From Takakia lepidozioides (taxonomy: Eukaryota; Plantae; Bryophyta): a stretch of 64,000 bases of DNA. Every line of letters starts with the position of its first letter. The stretch's first letter is position 1. Below the pieces are notes generated by a model. The model was not told where the DNA came from and made no database searches. It was given only the letters and a program-made list of their open reading frames with translations. The position numbers were made by a program, and so were the translations under genes. The stretch covers positions 38,316,001 through 38,380,000 of the forward strand of contig CM060734.1 in NCBI GenBank assembly GCA_030704615.1, written 5' to 3'. Positions 50,038 through 64,000 of the stretch are shown piece by piece.

Positions 50038-52034
50038 ATGCGTGCCATTCCCAGTGCCGGGCAAGAAGCCCTAGTGGTGGCGATGGTGGTGGTCAAAGTG
50101 GTGGCGTCGCTCCTGGATACGGCCTCAGGGTCCCTGCGGAACGAGGCCAAGGGTTTGGTAATTCTCACAGCGGGATCCATGTTTGTTGAATTTGCGAGTA
50201 GGGAGGGCAGGAAGCTGTGGAAATTGAATCCTCGGCCGACGCAATCGCCTGGAATTCTGCTTGGATCTCTTACCCTTCCCATTGTTATGGCTGCGCGCCT
50301 GTTACAGATTGTACGCGTGCCTCTGTCTTCGCCTTTCGTCTTGGAAAATGCGCGAGTGGTATTTTGGGGATCGTTTGCCTGCAGCTCTGGATTGTTGCTT
50401 TTTCTTGGAAATTTGGTGTTATGGCCAGGGGATGGAAGAGAGGCAAGGGAGACAGGAAAGCAAAAGGATATTGACAAGACTCGCTGGAAGAATAGCTGGA
50501 GTGGTTTCGAATGTCTGGGTTTTGTGGTAGGGATCGCAGGGCTGGCTATGGCGCAAGGATCTCAATTAGGGCTGAAGACAGGGGCAGGGCTGGTGATCTG
50601 GGGACTTGTACATGCAGTTGGATGTAGAGCGCTCTTCCAGTATCTTCTCCACTCGTTTCCTGCGTGCGTGTCTGCCGGGGAAGCCATGTTGGTGGCGCAG
50701 GGTTTGGCTCTCTACGCCGGCAATGCTGCTGTGCGAACACTCGCGAAGATCATTTTTTTGGATTTTCTGCCTGAGTTTCTGTTAGGCGGGGTCGGGGATG
50801 CAATTGATGCAATTCTTCAGGCGTTAATACTGGGATTGTTGTTCGTCCCCTTCCTGTACAACAGCCTCCTTCACAGTCTGGCTTTGAAACCATTATTATA
50901 TGTACACAAGGATAAGGTGGCAGTTGAAGGCCTATCGAAGGCAGTCCTATTCTATGTGGCTGTCGTACTAGTTGTATTTTGCGCAATGCCTGCTTGGTTG
51001 CAATCTGCACGGGAGTTTACTGGCCACCCTATTATTTGGGCTCTTCATTTTGTGCTTGAAGAACCCACACAGAGACTGGGGCTATGTGTTTACTGGGTGG
51101 TGGCAATATGCCTTCTAATCCTTGGCCTTTATCGACTGGCAATGGACAAACAGGTGGCTCGCATCCTGGTGCGCAAAGGCTTTCACCTTATGGTTGTTAT
51201 CATGTTTGTGCCAGCCCTACTCTTCCAACCAGATTTTCTACGGCTTGCTTTTGCTTTGGCAATGGCAGCCTTCCTGGTCGTTGAGATGGTGCGAATATGG
51301 CGGGTTCCCCCCTTCGGGGAAACAGTTCACCATTTTCTGAAGGCTTTCACCGATGGCCGTGACTCTGACATCTTAATTATAAGTCACTTCTCATTGCTGC
51401 TAGGTTGTGCTTTGCCTGTTTGGTTAAGTGCAATGAGCCCAATGGATCGACCATTGGCCCCCTATGCTGGCATCCTTAGCCTTGGCATTGGAGACACTAT
51501 GGCATCTGTGATTGGCTACAATTTTGGATCCAGACGGTTGAGCAGTACCAGCAAGAAGACAGTTGAAGGAACCATTGCAGGTATATTTGCAGCATCCATA
51601 GTACCCTAATCATAATACTCTCTCTGTATAAGCGTAGACATATGAGTAACATGATAAATCCTTTGTTCTAGCAATCTTCATAGGTGGTATTGTCAAATCA
51701 ATCCTGCTGTGAGGAAGGCCAATATAGGCTACCAGGCTGCCAAGCTGATCTCTGCAACTTGGACAAAACACTTCACAGCACAATGGCTGGGAGCAAGGCG
51801 ATCTCTTCTCTTTACGTAGGTCTGAGTGAACTTGTTGGTATTTTGGCAGGCATCGGGAGTATGATCGTGGTTTGCTTACTGGTGCTCCGACTGGTGTCAC
51901 CTTCCCCCTTTCCAGCAAGTCAGATTTGGTCAATAGTGGGTGCTAGCGTAGGAGCAGGTCTAATTGAAGCATATACCTCTCAATTGGACAATGCCTTTGT
52001 GCCCCTCCTATTCTATGCACTTCTTTGTCTCTGA
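50038..52034 (+). CDS. DOK1: Dolichol kinase; exons 50038-51580 and 51850-52034
   Basis: GILLGSLTLP, ILVRKGFHL, FTDGRDSDILIISHFSLLLGCALPVWL, GILSLGIGDTMASVIG..KKTVEGTIAG|IGS..IEAYTSQLDNAFVPL; GT-AG intron 51581-51849. Confidence 0.93.
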
Positions 52035-52939
52035 TATGGGTACCAGATGAGCAAGCCACAGGTAGACATAAAAATCCGTTCTATGACAATAGGCGTCTTA
52101 GGGCACTGTGTTTTAAAACAATGGTGGACCAGCTATTAGTTCTTACAGAAACTATCCAAGCATCGCCAGATTACAGACATGAGGAGCGTGCACAAGAGGT
52201 CCTTTGGCTTGAGGGTTGGTTGAATCCTCCTTGAAAGAAAAGCGAACTGCCAGGCAAGCACAATTTGGTGAGCGCACCCTCTTCTTTGAGACAATTAGGC
52301 TTGTTTGTCTCCTTATCAGATTCATCCTACTATGTCATCATGGGTTTTGTAAGTTAACTCATCAGGTGGATCTATGCTGATTTCAAGTGTTTTTGACATG
52401 TGAATCCCGAAAATACAGACAAGGAGAAGCTTTGGAAGGAATATTTGCAAACCCAGTCAATGGTGGGACAATGAAGGCAGAAAGGTGATTGCCTGCTATA
52501 TTACGGGAAAAAAGACACAGCCAACAAGATTCATTGAAACTTTCTTGCAAATTGTCATCCTTCCTCTCTCAGAACACACATTTTCGTCAGCATTACAGCA
52601 GAGAAGTAGTGCATTGTAAGTAGGGGTAAGGTGTTTACTAGGTAAGTTTTGGGTTGGCATTGGAAGCTTCTAGTAACAAAGGGGGAGGCTCCATGCATTT
52701 TTGTTGTCCAGGCAAAGGTGAAGGAGGGTGTGGATGCAGATCCATCTGGGAGGATCAGATTTCAAGCACTAGAAAACCAACAAGAGGGGATTGATAGGTA
52801 CAAGAAACCTCTTTGGGTAGGTGGTCAATCGAAGCAGCAGCAGTATTGTTTTGAGTCTGGCACCCCAGGCTGGATGATCTCTTTGAAAGATGCTGAGAAG
52901 TCAGGACACTACGGAAGGCAGCACAATTGAAAGAGCAGA

Positions 52940-53229
52940 CATGAAAAAGGGCAAAGACGTCCATGCTGACATCAAGAAAGCTGGGATTGTGCTGAATAGC
53001 ATCTGGGAAACTAACTTCTTTTACATGTATCCGAAAAGCAGTAGCATCAAGGATGCTATGTGACTATTAGACAATATATCTGAATGAAATGTGGTATCAT
53101 GGCTCCGTATCACTGAGAACCATCTGGGTGGTGACTACCACATGGGCCGAGCTTTTGTTGTAATGGATGCAAACAGCTTTCCCCCACATCAGACATTGGG
53201 TTTGTTCTTTAGGGGAGTAGTTGTGAAAC
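52940..53229 (+). pseudogene. Collapsed PPR-DYW remnant (L/S motifs joined directly to a DYW C-terminus)
   Basis: GTCCATGCTGACATCAAGAAAGCTGGGATTG (VHADIKKAGI)..GTGGTATCATGG, then CGTATCACTGAGAAC..GGTGACTACCAC..GATGCAAACAGCTT..GGGGAGTAGTTGTGA, paralleling 48550-48700. Confidence 0.7.
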
Positions 53230-53868
53230 GATGTGTTCTTCTAAGGTGAGAGTGTCTTGCTTCACTCAGCAATCCTCGGAATGTTGGCTATGAAGCATCG
53301 TTGAGGGCATTTCCTCCACGGCATATCATCCTCGAGGAGCTTATTGTGCATACTAGGAAGGTGGAAATTCAGCCTGAAAGGAATCTGGTTACATGCATGT
53401 TGATGTATCTCACTTGAAAACAAAATGTGCATGTCTGAACTGCTGGTTTAGCTTCTATCTTCTCACATCGGCAGTCGGTGGACTTTCCCTCTCGTTCACG
53501 TGAAATCTGGGTTAGGGCTGTTCACTTCTTTCCCTTGTTCCATTGTATGTCGGCTGCCAGAGGAGTTTTGCTAAGGTCCAAGATCCGCCCTGCTTCACTG
53601 AATGTGTGTGTGTGTGCGCCATGATTTTCGCATCAATAGTTTTCATATGGCATCAAATACCCCTGGTGAAGAATGGCTTTGCACTCTGCGCTCAAAGTTC
53701 GTAAAGAAGTAGACTCTAGTAACAGCATGGAAGGAAGAGAGAAAACTCTATAGGTCAGTGGCATGAATCGTTGGACGAACAGGTGGATCAACCAATGGTA
53801 TTCCATCAGTTTACAGTTTGCGAAGAAAGGCGGGTTGATTTGGATACGCTAGGGCGCCCGGCTTGCTC

Positions 53869-56800
53869 ATGGCCCAGGTATCAAGGATGCTGCAGCAGCG
53901 ATTGAATCCTTTGACCGGCCTGTCCGAATGGGTGGTTATAGCTGATGGTCAGTGTTTCAGATCCTTATCTGTGAGCCCTTTCGTGTCGGCTGAAGTTCAT
54001 AATTGTTTTGAACTGCGACCATTGTGGATTATGAGTGGAAGAATTATGCATGGATCTCACGATTATTCACGAAGCTTCACGCACAAATCAGACGCGTTGC
54101 AGTGACACAAGTATCATATTCAAACACATCATGTTTAATTCCTCGTTATAATTCTACTCTTGCACTGATACTCATAGGCGTGTGAAGTATTTAGTGACGC
54201 CTTAGAATCTGTAAGATCAAATTCGAGCTCCGAGTTGCAAATGTTCTTGAAGTTTTCAGGGTATGTCTTCTGAACTATGCAGAGAGCAGCTTAAGAATGA
54301 AAATTTGTGCCTAAAACGCATATCTTTTTTTTAAGGTAGAATGTATAGCATGAGTGTGTCTACGTGCACAAGCAAGTTTCAGAGAGATTCGCGTGAGGGA
54401 TGGTGATGAGCTCATGACATTTGTTTGACGTGTCCCACGTCTCTATTTTTTGCAGAGGGCAGAGGTACGGAGAATGGAGATGGATGTTCTGAAGAATTTT
54501 CGGAAGCTCTCGCACTGACCTCGTATTTGGACATGCTCAACGATACCAGTAGGAATCGCTCGTATGACCGCGCAATTCGAAAGGCCGTGGCCCAGAATGG
54601 AGCACAGCACGTCCTGGATATAGGGTACGCCTTCTGAGAGAGAGAGAAGGGAGAGAAGATGGAATCGGAAAAAGCAACTTGGGACCAAAAACAGAGAGCC
54701 ATTTGGCCTTGCAACACTCTTCAGTGCCTCGAGCACAGATTGCTTCACAAAATTATGTTCTTATGTCAACTTCAGCCTTGAACCACAAGCATTAACAATG
54801 CACTTTACGTCTTGAATCTTATTGTAACTCCGATTTTGGAGGCAGTGCCTTACTTACACGAGATAAATCCATTTGAATGCTCCTACATTGCTGTTTGAAA
54901 CTCTCTTTTGGGGCTGGAATTAGGGTGATTTCTCTCTGTTCTATCTTTGTATAGCTAGCAGAAGCTTGATCTAAACTTCAAAATCTATCTCGTACACAGT
55001 AGCCTTCCTGTTCTAAACCTCGCACTGATCTGTTTTCCTGTAAGAGAAGTTTTCTCAGCTATTCTGGAACCAATCCACATCCAGATTTTTTTTCTTGTTT
55101 CAGAATATCAATTTTCATACTGACTATTTTGCAAATGAGTCTGGTATGTTAAATACAGAACAGGGACCGGGCTGTTGTCCATGATGGCATGGCGCGCAAT
55201 ATCTGAGGAGGCATCTAGAATTCACCCTTGTCATAGTCAACATGAACTCTCTCATGAAGTTGCAACAGCATGCCACACAATTACAGCCTGCGAGTCATAT
55301 CTGCCAATGGTTCAGCTGGCACGCAAGCTGCTGAGGGCTAACAAGGTGGGGCCAGGGGTTCGCCTCATTCACAAGCGCTCTGATGATATGGAAGTTGGCA
55401 TTGACATGCCATACCGTGCAGATTTACTGGTGAGCTTCTACAATAGAATAAGGATGTGAAAATGTGTTAGGACTTCCTTTCACCTACAGTATCTGTCAAC
55501 TTTTCAGGTACTCATACCTGGCCCCATGAAGATTTGCTTAAATGACCCTGACAAACCCAACTTAGAAGAGGGAACAGGTACCGACTGGACATTTTATCAC
55601 ATTTCATCCTATTTAGTAGAATCAGATTCCATGTTTTTTTCCATTGCAACAATGATAATGTATACTGGGAACTTGTATAATGTTCAGAAAGGCGTAATAT
55701 TATCACAGAAACTTTTTCCTCTCCATTTTTCCTGAGAGTAGCAGGATTGTACTAAATGGATGGTGGCAGGTTAGCGAGATTCTTGATTCGGAGCTTTTTG
55801 GGGAGGGATTGATACCCACACTACAACATGCACACAAGCATCTTCTGACATCCAATGCGCACACCATTCCCTTCAAAGCTACCATATATGCCCAGGTTTT
55901 TTTATTTCTACCAAGTGATTTTTGTCATGTCTTACTGAAAGGCACATCGGGTGATTTTGAGGGTTGAAAGAGACAAATTAGATTGTGAATGAAAGGGGCT
56001 CAGTGCTGCAACAGTAACCATGAGACCAGTCATATCTGGCGAGGTCCAACTCTTGTCATGGCCATGCTTGCAGTTACAGGGATAAGTTCTGCCATAGAGT
56101 TCAGCAGTGCTTGTCATATTTGAGTGCAGAGATTAAGAGCTCAGGGATTTGAAGGAATATATAACACCAAGGAGGCCAAGGGACAACTCCATGTGTGATG
56201 CTGTAGGTCTTGAATTTGCAAAAGGTTATTCGTTCCATCCTTGGTGTCTAGCCTGCTTCCAATTAAAATGCACATGTTGGCCCTGCACCTGCAGCTTGTG
56301 GAGTGTGAATATCTTTGGCGGTGCCATGACTTAGCAGGGGTTGAAGCTCAACTGGCTGATGGACTGTACCTTGCCCCCCGTGGTTTGGACTGGGCCACTA
56401 ACCAGGGTTGTTCGGCTGCAATGCATGTGGACCCTTTATCAACCCAGATGCAGTTGGTATACCTTCCTTATGTTTGTCCTTCACTTAAAGTAAATGTTGT
56501 AGGCATTAAGTTAATTGATCTCGGCTCACCCGTTTGTTCTTGTGTCTTGGCTTCATTACCACCCAGCTTGATTGAAGTGGTCACAGCATCAACATGTAAA
56601 CATTCTATGTTCTTGTCTGCATTTGATTTTCATGTGTGATGGGCTGCAGGTGGCCATTATAGAAGCATAGTCAAAAGCATGTGCAGTTTTATTATGAAAA
56701 CCTGTCCTTGTTTATATGCAAGCTTTGTGTCTGTTGCAGTGGTTAACACAGATGATTATATGACTTGCACAGCCAAAAGCACATCTCAAAAGCTTCTCTC

Positions 56801-59800
56801 CTGTGGTTTATTTGCAGCTGTCGGCACCCTTTCAGGTTTTCACATTTGAGTTTTCTGAAGTGCCTGAGGATCAAGGCCTTTGCACTCACAACGTAGGGAT
56901 TGTACAAGAAGGGAAGGCGCATGCCCTCGTCTCTTGGTAAGTTTTCTCTGCTTTCCTAGCCCAGGACTACAAATGCAAATCCTATAGTTTCAGTAAGTAG
57001 CATGGGCAGATTGCATATCTGATGGATTTCTGCAAACTCTCTGCTCTCTCTGTTGCACAGGGCGCAACCGGGAAATTGAAACTGAAGAACACTTCTTCTT
57101 CTATTGCCCTCTATACTACGAGATCCGTGGGAGATTTCACTGTCTATTCCGCGGAACCCAATCTCTCACTGAAGTCTTCCACTATGAGGATCAGAAATAC
57201 TTGGCAGCTTACCTGCACGAGGCCTTCACCCTTAGACAATCACTGAAGAATAGTTTTATTTTTTGGCTCTCATTTTGTTTCCTCTCATGTTTTCTTCCAT
57301 TTTGTCCCATAAGCTCTATGAGCTTTCCGCGGACATTATAAAGCACCATTTGATTTCATTTCGTTTCTCTTCTCCCTCTCTTTCCTGGAAGTATTGATGG
57401 CATGTTTGTCATGAGAATGCGAGCAGGTGGTTACTTCAGCTGGATGAGGAGGGCTCCATTCTCTACTCCACAGCACCAGGCTGGATCAAGACAGCACAGA
57501 CCAATGGAGGCATGGGGGATGCGCCTGAATCAGGTGTCTAGTCTTTTGGTAAATAGTGTCTCAATCACCTCTCTTCAAGCATATATTGCAGTCACCACCT
57601 TGAAGTTGAGTTGCCTGACTAACCAATATAAGACAAATGAACTGCTTGTATCGGTTGTTTTGGTCGTGCGGGAAAAGATAGGTTTTGATTTTCAGCACTG
57701 ACCAAAGGACAGTAAGCAAGCTCTCTCTAATCAGAGGTTAGATAAGGGATGCATCTTGAATGGTGGAATGTAGAGTATCCTGTCAATACACCTTGAAAGT
57801 TTAAGTTGATTTGTGGGGACACATTGTATCTAGATGCTTGTTTCCATGTGTCTTCGATGGTTACAAGTGTTTTTACACCATGTCATGCTGCCTCAAATTT
57901 TACATTCTTCCTGAAACCTTTACACCTGCTTCTCATGGTGTTCAGCTTCAATCAGAGATGCCACATATCGGCTTTTTAATCCACATTTGTCTGTTGTTTT
58001 GCTTGGGGCTGCTTGAGCAGCCACTACTGGTTGGTGTGACCACTGGAAACAATGCATCTGGTTTCTTCCAGGCCAAGGCATAAGGGTATCTGCTGGAGAT
58101 AGTGTGGACATCATGGCCATCCATGATGCAACCAGTGTCCGTTACACTGTGTTAGGATACCGAGCTGATTCAGACAGCCATGGACAGGAGGAAAGAGATG
58201 CCAGTGCAATCTCTCACAACCGTATGTCAGAGTGCGGCAAAAATGCGGCAATTTCCAATGGAAGTTTTCCCGGCTGTGGTTTGGGGTTTATGATGAGGCC
58301 TGAAAGGATTGGCGTTCTTGGGGATAGGTCTTGGCGGTCGATCATCAGAGCAGGTGTAGGAAGAACTGTGAGCACTGAGGCCCTTCTCCTGTGGCTTTTT
58401 GGAATGTCTATGGAGTAGTTAAGTTAGAATAGGCGAATTTTTAATTCTCACTGCAACCTCAACCCAAACGTAACGAGAGATGAGAGAGCACAAGAAAGAG
58501 GCAAAAGATGGGAGGAAGGGATATCACTGACCTGGTTGGGGCTTTGTGTACCAAGGCTGTAGTGCCCTTTGAGAGCAGAAACAATCCAACAAGGGCCCTA
58601 AGGCCCATGGGACAAAGGGGGGAAAAGAATGTACTCATAAGACGTTTGCGGAGTGAGGGAGAGGGAGAATGTACTCATGAGACATAGGTATCATGGAAGA
58701 CAGTGGAATCTGTCATGGATCTCATAGTAAAGATGACAGCAAAAGAAGAATTCAGTTTCGATGCAACGGTTGGGCCTAGTGCAAGCTGGGCATAGGCGTT
58801 CTTCTCGTTGCAAGGGAGAGCGGGAGGGTCTTTGGCTTATTGGCTCCTTTCATTGGCTCTCTCATTAAGTTCTATCTGGGGTCTTGCCCAGAGAGAATAA
58901 GACGGACACACAGACCCATCAAAGAACACTGTTTGAGCACATGATGCTAATTCACTTGCCTCCTCTGCTGCAGTTGCACGGGAGAGCATCCCCAGTGTGC
59001 CTGGTGGTGGATGACAGTCTACTCCTAACTATGACTTCTGTGATGATGAAACCGGACTCCTGTGTGGTTGCAATGTTACCGGGGCTTCGTACCGATGGCA
59101 AGAAGTTTCTGGAGGGTGCCATTGCAACCAATGGGGTGAATGCAGACCATCTAGTTGTCTTTGGAAAGAAGGCCACCGCCTTGACTTCTGATGACCTAAA
59201 TGGCCGAAAGGTAGATATGCTTATGACTCTATTACAGTTACCACCAGCAATTATTGTTTCTTATTGCAAGAGTTTTGCCAGAGTTGTAGGGCTGAAGGTT
59301 CAGAGGTCAGGGTTAAGTCAGGTCACCTTCAATGTGTCAACTCAGTTGCACCAAGCAAGCCCTCACATTGATATAGTTACCAAGCAGGAGATTTCATAAG
59401 GTCTCAAACTTAATGACATGCACAGTACGCTGTTCCGGGAACAGCTTACATTTTCTGTTAGTCCTATCTTGCCAGGAGTATATATTGGACAACAGATTAA
59501 ACTGATTCATTGGGCCAGGTAGATGTACTGATGGCGGAGCCTTATTACAGTGCCTGTGAGGGCATGCTGCCTTGGCGTCTTCTCCGCTTCTGGTGCGCAC
59601 TCGAAATCCATCACATCTGACAAACATAACAGTGAATATTGTCCCTGAAATGGACATGTTCTATAATTATGTCCTGCACTCAACAGGGAATTTTCAGTAA
59701 CCAGCTATGAATGCGTGTTTAGACTTTGTCCGAGTTTCATTTTTCCAGTCTTATCTTGTGTGAAGTAATCTACCTGCCCTCCTCTCTGGTTTTCTCTTCA

Positions 59801-62044
59801 TTTTTGACAAAGGAGGATTTGCTTTGTTATTAGGTATGAGAGGACGCAATTAAGCTCATTATTGACAGATCATCCCACCATTGTCCCATGTCGGGGGATG
59901 CTTCGTGGCTTTGCTGCTTCTATGCCAGTGAGTCCCATTTCACTGGTGTTTCAACGGAGTTAGGCTGTATGTGACAATGTTTGTCTTTGAAATTCTGCTG
60001 CTCTTGATCTTTAATGCGGGAAGGGACATACGTTTAGGCCATGCACGTGAGGTCATTGGCATCCATGAATTTTTGCTTGACTTTGTGGCCTTAGCTTGGG
60101 AGCTCAATCAATGATTACAAACTCTTTGAAAGGGAGGCAGAGTTTCAAAGCAGCATAATGAAGAATTTTTACTGCCAATGTTCAATGGTGGTTGGTGACA
60201 TACATTACATCATCCATTCAGTCAAGTGTCTGTTTCTTTATCTGGTCATGGATCTGTCATGGGTTTGGAAAATGCAGGATTTGTGGCATAGCCGTTGCTC
60301 TCTTGCTGATGTGGAGGGGTTTGACCACACCTTAGCAAATGGGGTGCTAGGAGCTTGCGGGAAGCTACCTCCTCCTCTTCACGGTCCCTTGCTACCTTAT
60401 GCACTTTGGCAGTGTGGACGCTATGAGGTCTTGCCGTCACACCCTTCTCCCTACTGCCTTTGTAGAAATGCTCTTCTTTTCAATGTGAATCTAACCCCTT
60501 TTAAGATGCGTGGGATGTCTGTGTTCCTGTTCAAGTAAAGTCTACGAGACATCAGTGATTCATTCATGAGGCCCTAGCAGGTGAGGTATTATTGACTCTT
60601 ATCCTCTTCTATAATTGTCCCCTCCGGGATGCTCTTGGGGCAAGAGCCTTGGGTATGTAATCTGGCCACATCGGGGGTTTGGTTTTTATCCTAAATGTTG
60701 CACACAAGGCAAGATGCCTCTATCTTTGTGCTTTCAAGTCTCATAATTTCTGTTAGCTTGAGGAGGACCGAGTAGATTTTTCCTGCTGATGAGTCTGTTG
60801 GTCAAAGCCCAAAACCCTCGCCCAAAAATAGAGGCTACTAGTGTGTGTGTATCAGGAAAACATGTTTCTGATTCTCAAGGACTCAACAGATAACTTGGGT
60901 CTGTGTTTCACAGGAGCTAACAGACGTTTTCACATTGATGACGTTTGACTTCTCACTTCCAATTCAGACTGTAAATGGATTAATACAGGTGAGAATCTTC
61001 GTCTCCAGATGGTTCTCAAATCGATCCCTAGAAGGATTCATCATCATTCTAACCTCAGGTCCGAGATGTTTGGATGAATTATTTGCCAAGCTGTTTGGTA
61101 ACTTTTCAGTAGGTACTTCAGAGAAACAATTAAGGGTTTGCCGTTGTTCTTCAAAGATTATCGAAGGTTGAGTGAATATAGTAGTCAACTGTTCCCTAAG
61201 AACATGGGTAAAACACCCTTGAATGCATAGTTATTCCAAAGTACTAACACCGGGACAGCCAGTTGTGCAGCCCATCTTCGGTAGAGAGACACAGAGAGAG
61301 TAGGGAGGTCCATGGAATTTGTGTACAGTAAATCTCTTGTAGTCAATGTGTGTGATTGGTACATGCAGGTGCCAGTGTGCAAAGCAGGCAGTTGCCATGG
61401 CATTGTGTTATGGATAGACTGGGTCCTTGATCTTGCTGGGGATATGGTGCTTTCCACAGGACCCTCAGGTGAAACCTCAAAACTCCCAATGAGATTTTCT
61501 AGAATGCTGTACATCCGTTAAACCAGTAGGAAATCTCAGTTTTTCAGGTCTAGAAGTTTGTATGTCAAGATATTCCTATTCATAACCTAGGAGGTACACA
61601 TACATCTCATGAGGTTGCACTTGCTCGAGTCTTGGATCACAAAGCCTAAACTAAGTTTTGACTAAATATAGAAAGAATAAGTAGGCGAGAAGAGGGGCCA
61701 CCAACAGTGCTGAAAGAGTGTTTTTTTTTTCCTTTGAAGTTGAAGTGATCAACTGGGCTCCAATCCTTAGCTCAACTGGGCCAGGAGAAGGGCCTTCATC
61801 CCACCTGCCTAACAAGTCCAAAGCTCATGGTCGTGCAGGTGGATTCCCCAGCTACTGGAAGCAAGGAATTAAGCTGATCGGCTCTCCCACCCAGGTGGAG
61901 GTTGGCCCAATTTGGACGAAAGCATGGCCTGCAAATGGGTGCAATGTCTCCACGAAACGTGGAGACCATAGTTTTGTAAAGGTATCAGGCAGATTTGATT
62001 CCACCAGTGGTGAGATCTCTGTGGATGTTTGCTTTGAATCTTAA
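53869..62044 (+). CDS. PRMT7: Protein arginine N-methyltransferase 7, about 15 exons
   Basis: RLNPLTGLSEWVVI; TSYLDMLNDTSRNRSYDRAI..HVLDIG|TGTGLLSMMA; ACESYLPMV..HKRSDDM; VSEILDSELFGEGLIPTLQHA; CDHWKQCIWF; VLMAEPYY; DLWHSRCSLADVEGFDH; CHGIVLWIDW; YWKQGIKL..stop at 62044. Tandem-domain architecture of PRMT7. Confidence 0.95.
57000..57370 (+). mobile_element. 3' end of a non-LTR retrotransposon (LINE ORF2 zinc knuckle plus tail) in a PRMT7 intron
   Basis: C..EIETEEHFFFYCPLYYEIRGRFHCLF..LAAYLHEAF, then 3' UTR and an ATTTG/ATTTC-repeat tail at ~57347-57366. Confidence 0.8.
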
Positions 62045-62129
62045 CTGACAACAAGTCTACGGTAGAGTTTCTTCTTTCAAGGAAAAGAAAAAAACAAGAA
62101 AAAACCTTTGAAAGGTCCTTCTTGAAATC

Positions 62130-62220
62130 TGATGTCCAGCATCTTGGTCAACATGCATGCCAAGTACAGGAGTGTGGTGGATACACGCTTGACAACACAC
62201 CTGAGTGAGATGTGTTTATC
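62130..62220 (+). pseudogene. PPR S-motif remnant
   Basis: CTTGGTCAACATGCATGCCAAGTACAGGAGTGTGGTGGATACACGC..GAGATGTGTTTA closely resembles 46186-46270. Confidence 0.65.
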
Positions 62221-64000
62221 GACACCCATCTGTTTGGCTAATGCCACTCCAAGGCATAAGAAATCTGCAGTATAGCATTCAGCTCTCTTTGCTAGACTTC
62301 TTGCTTTCAGATGGTATGAAGTACGGGCACTGATACTCTCATTGAAGGCGATAGTGACTGTGGTACTACATAAATGACGATGGGACTAGGCAAGTGAAAG
62401 CAAAGAATTGATTGCAATGTCCATTCCCTGCAGGGAGCCTGGACAGCCCACTGCCCAGGGAGATGTCTAAAGACTGCCCTTTCTAAGGATCTCCATAACC
62501 ATTCCTGTCAGATGAAACCAGACCCAGATGAAACAGCCCTCGTCTCTAGAAGGGCCTTAAACTGGTGTAGGCTCTTGCTCCAATTGTTTATCCTACACAC
62601 TTCATCCTTAACAACTTATGTAGGTGGACACTTTATAACAACGGAAGTGGACTTGGCAACGCGGTTGCCCAACCCCCCAATTGAGGTACTTTGCCCAACC
62701 AGTGGGCTACTTGCGGCTCAGCTATCAACCTTGCCATGAGGTACTGAGCCTAGGGCTCATGATCATGGGATACTGCCCAAGGGAAATGATCCCACATCTA
62801 ACAATGTAACATGATTTGAACCAGAATCATGTACTTTAGGGCACTTCCAGACTAGTGACCGGACAAATGACTAAGCTCTATGATTGGTTGAAAATTGGGT
62901 CTTGTCATCTACATGCTTTCAAGCTTTGTCCAGCGCCCAACATGCCCTGTCATTGCTCTATATTTGGAGAAGATTGAGGCGCTTGCCACTACCATGGTCC
63001 CAAATTTGTTGTGCTTTGTCCAATGAGGTCTCTGGACGGCTCTCTTCACCCCGTGTTTGGGCTCCATCTCCTCCCACCTTGCTCCGCAGCTCTTCTGTAG
63101 TGTGAAGGCATGAATCGTGAAGACTTGTCTCGAGGTGCATATAATGACAAGTTTGTAAGTCAGTTTTCCCAAAGCCTACATGACCTTCAAGACAGTCAGT
63201 GGAAAGCAAGTGTTGCAAGGAAAGCGCTTTCTGAAGGCTCCGTGACTGTGTGGAGTACATTCAACATGAAACCCTAAACAAAGAAGGGGAAAAAAAAGGT
63301 GTGAGATGCGTTCCAAAGGAAGCTTAATAATGTGTGCTCTCGATTCTTAAGGGTCTCTGCTTCCGCCTGGAAGTGTTGGTATCATGCCAGTGAGCACAAG
63401 CACGATCCACGGTTATAGGGGTAGTACGCTTGCAATGGATAGCACTCAGATATATCAAGTTTATGAGGGTATTGTTGGCGAAAAACTGAGAAAAAAAGAA
63501 AAATAAAAAGAAATGTTAGTTTCGCTAGAGAAACTCATTGAGCTCACCTAAGCATACACTTGAACTATTTTCACAATTTTGGTTGTGTGAGCATATTTTT
63601 GTTTCGCTGTAGAAAAATTTGGGAAACAAAAATATGCTCATGCAACCAAAATTGTGAAAAACAAATCAAAGTTGGAAACAAAAACCAAAAAAAAAAAATT
63701 GGGCTGGGCTGGGGTCAGGGCATGTCCAGCCCCAAGGGCCCGCCACTATTTTTCATTTTTTAGCACATGTCCGTTCGGCAACGCCCACTGGGCATTGACA
63801 ACCTCGACAAATTAGTGCTAATATAAAGTAATGTCGGTAGGGCATTGTGAACTTGGCATTCACAACCTCGACAAGTTAGTGTTAATTTTAAGTAATGGGC
63901 CGGATGACGTGCGGATGGATTGCAAGGTGGTTGAGTAAGGGATCAAGGATTTTCTTTTGTCGAAAGACAATACAATTGATGAAGAGGCATTGTAGATGCT

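Overview
Eukaryotic nuclear DNA from a land plant, probably seed-free. This is inferred from the GT-AG introns, a PLS-DYW editing factor and a possibly flagella-associated TPR gene. Host genes lie at both ends: a TPR protein (+, to 4092), a plastid ABCD2-type half-transporter (-, 5142-10850), an AG-peptide (-, 14147-14371), an intronless PPR-DYW gene (+, ~45.9-48.7 kb), dolichol kinase (+, 50038-52034) and PRMT7 (+, 53869-62044). From ~15 to ~45 kb is a nest of decayed DNA transposons: two MULE-type transposases (one with GCM/WRKY-like and SWIM fingers, split by an inversion), CACTA ends and a CACTA ORF2 carrying an FCP1-like phosphatase, a piggyBac-like transposase, a captured aquaporin exon and tRNA-derived SINEs. 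The most unusual element is an intron-containing pseudogenised gene encoding a ParB/Srx-like domain plus a prokaryote-style beta-class amino-DNA-methyltransferase-like domain. Its introns hold ~20 copies of a 24-bp palindrome (consensus GTGATGGTCGGTACCGACCATCAC), a candidate ParB/parS-like methylation module in a plant mobile element. All calls were made by eye; exon boundaries are approximate and no database search was run.
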